A program made the translations under genes and the position numbers. A stretch of 36,953 nucleotides of DNA, from contig MEDY01000309.1 in NCBI GenBank assembly GCA_001724265.1, forward strand, positions 1 to 36,953. Reading direction: 5' to 3'. Positions 36,252 through 36,953 of the stretch are shown one piece after another. The stretch comes from Rhizaria sp. SCN 62-66 (Eukaryota). Positions within the stretch are counted from its first letter, which is position 1, and each line of letters starts with the position of its first letter. Under the pieces are notes generated by a model. The model was not told the origin of the DNA and ran no database searches. It saw only the letters and a list, made by a program, of their open reading frames with translations.

Positions 36252-36324
36252 AGTTCTATAGCTCAGTGGTATGAGCATTGGTCTAATAAGCCAATGGTCC
36301 TGGGTTCGACCCCCAGTAGGACTA
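36252..36324 (+). tRNA. tRNA-Ile(AAT), copy 2
   Basis: Identical 73-nt sequence 232 bp downstream (anticodon 36285-36287), also followed by a T-run. Confidence 0.95.
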
Positions 36325-36918
36325 TTTTTTTATACAAGGCTCCTTTGGGGCCTTGTCTATCGTTTTGCGCGCAATTACACTGCGCATCACCGCCCTACGC
36401 ACCGTCGCACTCCTTCGCACACCGCTGCCGCCTCCGGTCCGCTCTACCGCTTCGCTGCCATGGAGCTACCTTTCCTTTTTGCCTCGGTGGTGCTCTCTTG
36501 ACTACCTCCATCTCTCCACGCTCCAGTCGCTTGCGCTGACTTGTTCAAGTTGCGAGTCATGCGAGTTAGACAGTCGCACAGTCACTGTTCAGGTCCAGTC
36601 GTAGCACTGTGCATTGACTCTCATGAACACCCAGCACTGCGACAGTTGCCGACCAGGTGTCATGACGCTTTCAGGGTTACATGCCGCGCTCAGTTGTGCT
36701 TGCCCAGTCATGGTCACTGTTGTCACTCAGTGTACTGTTGCAACCGAAGAGACAGCTGTCTACTTGATGGACACAACAGCGTGACACTTATATTAGAAGT
36801 GTGCATTCATGCATGAACAGCATGAATGCGAGCTAGAGCCTGTTTTAGTGTTGTTATAGTAGTATATATTTAAGCGGACTATAACTCACACGAACAAAAA
36901 TGAACTATCGCATAAGTC

Positions 36919-36951
36919 ATCATAACTCAGTCACGATCATAACTCAGTCAC
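36919..36951. repeat. Short tandem repeat, 17-bp unit ATCATAACTCAGTCACG, about 2 copies, at the window edge
   Basis: atcataactcagtcacg followed by atcataactcagtcac, read directly from the sequence. Confidence 0.6.
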
Positions 36952-36953
36952 TG

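Noticed and set aside
19449-36324. Functional clustering of the tRNA exporter with tRNA genes
   Set aside because: They are 12 kb apart with an unrelated gene between, and there is no evidence beyond coincidence.

Overview
Eukaryotic (protist-like) nuclear DNA with GC-rich exons and short AT-rich GT-AG introns (131-229 nt, mostly GTACG donors). In order: partial ribosomal protein S24 (-), a hugely expanded SUC/SLC45-type sugar transporter (+), an expanded MutY adenine glycosylase (+), a 233-aa unknown protein (+), exportin-T (-), a >3100-aa unknown protein (+) and two identical tRNA-Ile(AAT) genes. The main discovery is strong internal evidence for a non-standard nuclear genetic code in which TAG is a sense codon, most likely Gln, while TAA and TGA remain stops. 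A 7-kb exon is interrupted only by four in-frame TAGs, all in Gln-patterned repeats, and MutY has a fifth. All five gene ends seen use TAA or TGA. The organism is not identified, and gene names come from motif recognition, not database searches.
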